Both the position numbers and the translations under genes were made by a program. The notes beneath the pieces are model-generated. The model worked only from the letters and a program-made list of their open reading frames with translations. It made no database searches and was not told where the DNA came from. A stretch of DNA of 64,000 nucleotides from the human T2T-CHM13v2.0 reference genome, Homo sapiens. This document shows, piece by piece, positions 57,323 to 64,000 of the stretch (positions are counted from its first letter, which is position 1; the number at the start of each line of letters is the position of its first letter). The stretch is taken from the NCBI RefSeq assembly GCF_009914755.1, contig NC_060941.1; one strand, given 5' to 3'.

Positions 57323-59777
57323 CCAGGCGGGAGGCAAGCTTCTCATTATGTAAAACACTTGGCTCATTCCTCTTTCTCTGCATCCTGCTAGCGATTTTGT
57401 ATCCGGTTTGGGAATTCCAGGAACATCTGCAATTGTCTTTTGCCCAACCACACATGTGCAAGCTGTAGGGCTCAGTCATGTTCCTACCTGCGGTGCCCTG
57501 TCATTAGCCCTGAACTGTGTGTGCTTTCTCTCCTCAGCAGCAAAACATATAAAACCCTGGCCGGCGACCACACCTGCAGGACTCCACCTCCCCGCCTCCT
57601 CCCACTGAGACCAAAGGCAGAGAGACCAAGTCACCTTTCCGACAGTGAGAAATGCCAGGGCGAACAGGGCTTGTCTGAACAGTCCAAGTCCTCTAACTAA
57701 ACAGACAGTACATTTTTAACACAGCGTTCTCCCCTACCTCTCCCTGTTTGTGTGGGAAGGCCTGGGGAGGCCGGGTGGAAAAGGGTAGGTGCAATTCAAT
57801 TCAAGACTCTCAGAAGGGGTGCTTGCTTGCTTTGGTTCTACTTCAGCCAGCACTGATGACCTCCACCCAGATCAGAAAGGAACTCTTTGGACTATGAGTC
57901 TCCAAAGTGCAAGAAACATTGACCTCAGAAGCCAGCGACCACCTCTTCTTGCCACTCTGGGTGTGGCAAGATGGTATAAAAAATAATGCCTACTATTGCT
58001 GTCTTCCGAACTAAAATAAGCAATGCATAGAATGCATTTGAAGACTGAATGGTACACAGTGTGCAGTCAACCAGTTTGTTATGAATATTCATGATTATGA
58101 TCAGTCCTCATCCTCTTTGTAAAACTCTTTCCCTCCTCCCCTTTTGCGCCATGCTGCACACTCCTGGCTTCCTTCCCCAGTCCCACTGTGCTTCCCATGT
58201 CCCCTGATCCCCACTGGCCTCCACGCACCTAAACACTGCAGTGTTCTCCAGGAATCCATCTCTCCTTAGTCTCCCAGCTCTCCCACTATGGACCCATCCC
58301 ATGACTCCATCTTTTGCTGGGTGTGGATACACACCCCCAGTCCCTTGGCACAAAGATTTTGGCCAACCCTGGGTCCAGCTCCACCCTTTGCTCCTACCTG
58401 TCTTGCAGCACTGCTGACACTGTCCTGTAATTTCTTCATATGCTTATCTCACACATGTCTGATCAGCAAGACTCCATGCCTGCATTTATCCCCACAACCT
58501 GGTATTATGTGATGTGCAGTAGGAACCCGGTCACCACTGTTTAAATAAACAAAGCACCACCCCTGGCCTCTCCGCCTCACCTCAAATCCCCATCTCTAGA
58601 GGTCAAGTAGACGTTTTCCCAAGCAAAAGACTCAGGCGATTCCAGGAACTCACCAGAACCCCTCCTGTGTCCTCCATCTCAGCTTATTCACTGCACCCAG
58701 ATCTTAGCACAGGGGAGACAGTCAAGAAGTGTGTGCTAAATAATTAGGGAAAGAATAACCATTTGTCTAGCTCAGGTTTACACTTCCGACATCATCTCGG
58801 GTGCACCCTCTCTTTCCCCACAAGCATTCTGACCCCATGCTGTCAATTCTACCTTCCCAGTGGCACCTGCTTTCATCCCCGCTTTGTCTCTGCCACTGCT
58901 GAGGCCTGGGCCCTTATTGCTGCTCCTCCAGTCCACCAGCCAGCCCTCACCGCCATCTGTCCCTCCCTAACCTGCTCCGAGAGGACCAGGCCAGGCCAAT
59001 TCCTAACTCACAAGCTTCCCAAGCCTCCCACACTCACAGGCCAGCTGTAGAAACCCTGTCCCTTCTTGGCCCCACCCACCATTTCAACCCCATCTCCTCC
59101 GTGACCCCCATGGCTCCAGTCCCACCCAGCTACTTACTGGTCCTGGGAAGCCCTGTCCAGATTCACCTCCGGTCTTCAGCTCAAAGCAGGCTTCCTCTAC
59201 CTGAACTGGCCATCTCTTCTTGCCCACTACAGCTCAGGCCTTAACAGCCGGCGAGCCTTCAGGGCCTCCTCAAAACTCCTCTCTGACAACTCTCCCTGTC
59301 TTCCCCAGACGCTCTGGCCACATTCTCACACTGAAGTCAGGGGGATCACGAACCCAGAAGACACAAGCCAGACACTCTCCTTTATGTGATGTTTGTTTGC
59401 CACCCGCCTGAAGATAGGCACCGGATCTTACACTTCTGGGCCTGGAAAAAAACATCTTCCACAGAGCAGATGCTCGTATATTACAAGTATCTATTTATAC
59501 ATGAGTCTATATAAGTGCGCTTCCCTTCTCCCCACCCAGTCACCACTGGAGTAAGCCTTGTGCAATTTACCAGTGACCACCTGGCAAGCCACAGGGCCCC
59601 CATTTTGCTCACATCAGGTAAGACTCATACTATCTTAGGGAGCATCTAGTTTGGTGGTTAACAGTGTGTCATCTGGAGGCTTCCCCCAGGGGCTTTCAGG
59701 AAGGATAGCAAACCGAGGCATGCCTCTCAGGACTCTCCGGCCCCCTTCAGCTGCACCATTCAGACGTCCCACAGATT

Positions 59778-59863
59778 CCATTTTCACTTAAGATTTTGTT
59801 TACACAAAGGGATGGCTACAATTTGCCGTCCCTTCGTGTAAACAAAATCTTACATGAAAATGG
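59778..59863. repeat. Inverted repeat, 39 bp arms, 8 nt loop
   Basis: 59778-59816 pairs with 59825-59863, 35/39 Watson-Crick. Confidence 0.95.
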
Positions 59864-59924
59864 TTGCACAAATAAGTGGCTACAATTTTTTTAACTAAAC
59901 TATCAGTGTACTCCAACCAGTTCA

Positions 59925-60040
59925 CCTTATACAAGAGAAGAGAGAGGACCAGAGAGGGAAGGCAATTTGCCCAAGGTCACACAGCTAGTAGGGGGCAGAT
60001 CTCCCTCCAAACTGGCCAATGCACTTACACCTGCCAAATA
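59925..60040 (-). mobile_element. MIR fragment
   Basis: cagagagggaaggcaatttgcccaaggtcacacagctagta. Confidence 0.7.
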
Positions 60041-60182
60041 AGGCCACATCCCAGGGAGAGGCCCTGCAGCACACAGAAGAGAAGAAGCTGCACAAACCAG
60101 GGATTCCCCCCAGTTTCCAACCATGGGTTCCATCACCTGCCTCATGTTCCTCAGTGGATCATTCAAGATCTCCTCAAAGGTA

Positions 60183-60550
60183 GAGGGGTCTCAAACTCAG
60201 CAGTCTGCAGGACCAGGTAGCAAACAGGAATGTAGCTTCAGGTAGCTTCAGGAACCAGTTACCAAACAGAAATGAATGAAGCTGGCTGGACATAAGAATT
60301 AACTAGAAGGTTAGAGAAACCATGATGAACCCAAGGCACTTTGCAACTCACAAAGTCCATAGCCAAGGGAAAACCCTGACTCAGAGTCCTCAATGGGCCC
60401 ACTTTTTCAATCAAAGCCGGAGATCCAAAACTTCATAGGAAATATCTACCATCTCAAAAGTGGCAGCTAACTCAAACCATTTTAGCGCCAGGTATCAGTA
60501 AAAAACACACCCATACCCAGGCCTCTGGACTGTTGGTTTGTGAACTCTGC
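60183..60550 (+). mobile_element. Ancient hAT relic (MER103-like)
   Basis: gaggggtctcaaactc start; ...gtttgtgaactctg end; subfamily uncertain. Confidence 0.45.
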
Positions 60551-60673
60551 CCCTAAGGAATGTCTTTCTGGTTGAGAGAGCAGTTAATAAGACAGAGATG
60601 CAAGGTCTGAGATCCTGAGGTTATGGTGACCCTTGGGTCTGAAAGAAGCTTTATAGAATAAGATGTAACTTTC

Positions 60674-60964
60674 TCTCTTTTTTTTTTTTTTTTTTTTGAA
60701 AGGGAGTCTCACTCTGTCATCCTGGCATGACCTCGGCTCACTGCAACCTCCACCTCCCAGGTTCAAGTGATTCTCCTGCCTCAGCCTCCTGAGTAGCTGG
60801 GATTATAGGCACGTGCCACCACACCTGGCTAATTTTTTGTATTTTTAGTAGAGACTGTGTTTCACCCTGTTAGCTAGGATGGTCTCAATCTCCTGACCTT
60901 GTGATCCTCCTACCTCAGCCTCCCAAAGTGCTGTGATTACAGGCATGAGCCACCGTGCCCGGCC
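60674..60964 (-). mobile_element. AluSc-like with short deletion
   Basis: gttagctaggatggtctcaatctcctgaccttgtgatc; TSD gatgt(a/c)actt. Confidence 0.95.
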
Positions 60965-62036
60965 GATGTCACTTTTCTAAAACTGAGGTGATTTCAAACA
61001 ACTTACACAAATCCAGTTCTTGTATCCATGGTGCCCAGACAGCAGCTTGGGATATAGAGTGTTCTGGGGAAAACAGGCAGCAGAAACAAACCAGTCATGT
61101 TTTTCTAATGAAACCCTTAAAGTGCCCTCCTTAAGTCAGTCCGGTTCTGATTTTAGAGTAATAATGACGACAATAAATTAAAGAGAGGAGTCCTAGCAGT
61201 TTCCAGCCTGAAGTTGTTCTCTGTTGGAACATCCTAAAATTCAGACAGACATAAGTAGGAGAAATGACCCTAGTTATCAGGGCCAGCCCATCTCCACTGC
61301 ACTTTGCATCCCGTCCATAAAACAAGATGATTTACAGATACAGAGGGAGGGACCTCTCGCTTCCCCTCTGCAAAATTTATTCCTCTTTAATGAGCTGCCA
61401 TGCCTCTCCCTTCCTTCTAATCTCTTCCTCCCCTTGTTTGCTCACCCTCTTCTGCCTCTGCCTTTGCCTCCTCCAAGGGAGAGTCAGCGTGTCCAGGTGG
61501 CAGGATGCTACTGGTAGAATAAAATGGTTTAGGAACAAAAGAAACAAGTGAAGTTGGCAGAAGGAGGGAAGCTATCTTCAGACTGAAGAGGTTGGACTGG
61601 CAGATGTGGGATTTCCTAGGACCCACCTGGCTTTTATTGGGGAAAGAAACTTATTAAAGTGAACTATCCCACCTCTGGTGAAGAATCAGAATGCAGTGCA
61701 CAGTGGCCAACGGGGGATGGGAGAATGGCTTCCCATAAGGGAGACACAAATGATTTCTGCTCCTTGCACACAGCTTTGGGACTAATGGGGACCAGGATCT
61801 ATAATCAGACACCACTGCAATAACCCCACATGCTTACCCTTTCTTGCTCCCACCTCCCACTTGTCTTCTCCAATAAGTAATCACCCTGAGCCCTGGAGGC
61901 AAGAGGTTAGAAAGTGAGAGAAGGGCTTGAAAGTTACATGCCTGTTGATGAAGATTCCTGCCTTGGACTATGAGAAGGTCTCCTCTGGAAGAGAGTAAAA
62001 AATCCCTCAACGCAAATAATAAAAAACACTTTTTTG

Positions 62037-63379
62037 ATATATGAAAAAATGCTCAACATCATTAATGATCAGGGAAATGCAAATCAAAACCACAGTGCAA
62101 TACCACCCTACTCCTGCAGGAATGGCCATAATAAAAAAATCAAAACATAATAGATGCTAGTGTGGATGTAGTGAACAGGGAACATTTCTACACTACTGGT
62201 GGGAATGTAAACTAGTACAACCACGATGGAAAACAGTGTGGAGATTCCTTAAAGAACTAAAAGTAGATCTACCACTGGACCCAGCAATTCCACTCCTGGG
62301 TATCTACCCAGAGGAAAAGAAGTCACTATCCGAAAAAGATACTTGCACATGCATGTTTATAGCAGCACAATTCACAACTGTAAAAACGTGGAAACAACCC
62401 AAATGTCCATCAGTCAATGAGTGGATGAAGAAACTTTATATATATATATTTTTTTTTCATATATATATTCACATATATATTCATATATATGAATATATAT
62501 GAATATATATGTGAATATATATGTGACTATATATGTGAATATATATGAATATATATGAATATATATATGAATATATATATGAATATACATGAATATATAT
62601 ATGAATATATATGAATATACATGAATATATATATGAATATATATGAATATATATGAATATATATATGAATATATATGAATATATATGAATATATATATGA
62701 ATATATATGAATATATGTATGTATATATATGAATATATATGAATATATGTATGTATATATATGAATATATATGAATATATGTATGTATATACGCATATAC
62801 GTATATACATAATGTATATACGCATATACGTATATGCATATATGTATATACGCATATACGTATATGCATATACGTATATACGTATATGCATATATGTATA
62901 TATGCATATACGTATATGCATATATGTATATATGTGTATATATGTATATATGTATATATTCATACATATATGTATGAATATATGTATGAATATATACGTA
63001 TATATATATATGAATGATGGAATACTACTCAGCCATAAAAAGGAATGAATTAATGGCATTTGCAGCAACTGGATGGGATTGGAGACTACTATTCAAAGTG
63101 AAGTAACTCAGGAATGGAAAACCAAACATCATATGTTCTCACTCATAAGTGGGAGCTAAGCTATGAGGATACAAAGGCATAAGAATGACACAATGGACTT
63201 TGGGGACGCGGGGAAAAGGGTAGGAAGGGAGTGAGGGATAAAAGACTACAAACTGGGTGCAGTGTATACTGCTCAGGTGATGATGCAAAAAAACTCACAA
63301 ATCACCACTGAAGAACTCACTCATGTAACCAAACACCACTTGTTCCCCAATAACCCATGGACATAAAAATTACAAAAAT
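62037..63379 (+). mobile_element. L1PB 5'-truncated element
   Basis: ORF2 C-terminal remnant [29 protein letters not shown]; L1PB-type 3' UTR; TSD aaaacactt(t/c)tttg at 62023-62036 and 63380-63393. Confidence 0.95.
62437..63012. repeat. Compound TA-rich tandem repeat inside L1PB
   Basis: Blocks of (ATATATGA)n followed by (TATATGCATATACG)-like units. Confidence 0.97.
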
Positions 63380-63404
63380 AAAACACTTCTTTGTCATACT
63401 TCAC

Positions 63405-63590
63405 AAAGCTCCTTCATAGCCATGAGCCCATTTGGTCCTTTTAACAACTTCTTCTAGGTTAGTATGACTTCATCTTATGAACAAAGGACTAGGGCTCAGA
63501 GAGGTTCAATGACTTGGGCCAGGTCACACAGCTCGCTAGTGACAGTTTTTCTTACTCCAAGTCTAGAATTATTCCTACTTAACGATACCT
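63405..63590 (-). mobile_element. MIR
   Basis: ggctcagagaggttcaatgacttgggccaggtcacacagctcgctagtgacag. Confidence 0.75.
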
Positions 63591-64000
63591 ACCCAGGTTG
63601 CTTGGGATCAGGAGACCAGGAAAGGAAAGGAGGAAAAAAAAATATAAAAGAGAAAAATGCAATATCCATGGTTAAAATAAAAGATGCAAAGGTCAAATGG
63701 AATTTTTGAAAGTACTTCTCAGACAACACTGAGAAACAGCCAAGCATGTATCCTGCTAGGTCTTATTTTTCTTTTCAACAACAAGATATTTTTTCCCCCT
63801 CTGCATCCCAAAATTATGTTGTCTCTCTTCCCTTCAGGCCCCAAATGCCTTTTAATCTTTGCAACAACTCTACAAGGAGGAGAGGGTTGGGGCGGAAGAC
63901 TGTCAGGCATGATGGACTCCAGATTGCCCATAACTTCATCAGAGACCCTCTGCACAAACTCCCCAGCGGCCAAGTAACCCAGATGGCTCCTCTGGGACTG

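Noticed and set aside
62236-62502. ORF resembling the L1 ORF2 C-terminus
   Set aside because: Remnant of a 5'-truncated L1PB broken by the repeat expansion; not a gene.
62414-63068. Long Y/I/H-rich ORFs (up to 195 aa)
   Set aside because: They are translations of the TA-rich simple repeat.

Overview
This is primate, almost certainly human, non-coding genomic DNA (intronic or intergenic). I could not identify the locus and found no credible protein-coding exon; the ORF-track entries are chance ORFs or translations of Alu, L1, MER1 or simple-repeat sequence. The window holds about 19 Alu/FLAM copies (14 on the minus strand), L1 3' fragments (L1ME, L1MC, two L1PA, one L1PB with a ~575 bp TA-rich expansion), L2/L3/MIR relics, five MaLR solo LTRs and several hAT DNA-transposon relics. 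Repeat subfamily calls are from recalled consensus features, not an alignment. The most distinctive signal is a set of local rearrangements outside recognisable transposons: a ~1.2 kb inverted repeat with ~390 bp arms (36343-37541) and mini-hairpins stacked at its inner junction, a double hairpin flanked by 8 bp direct repeats (7059-7188), a 39 bp-arm hairpin with a duplicated junction (59778-59888), a ~240 bp duplication carrying a CTCF-like motif (13234/16234) and an ~85 bp duplication. Fold-back scars also occur inside an Alu and a THE1 LTR. These suggest recurrent replication template switching and potential dsRNA or pre-miRNA-like substrates; function is untested inference.
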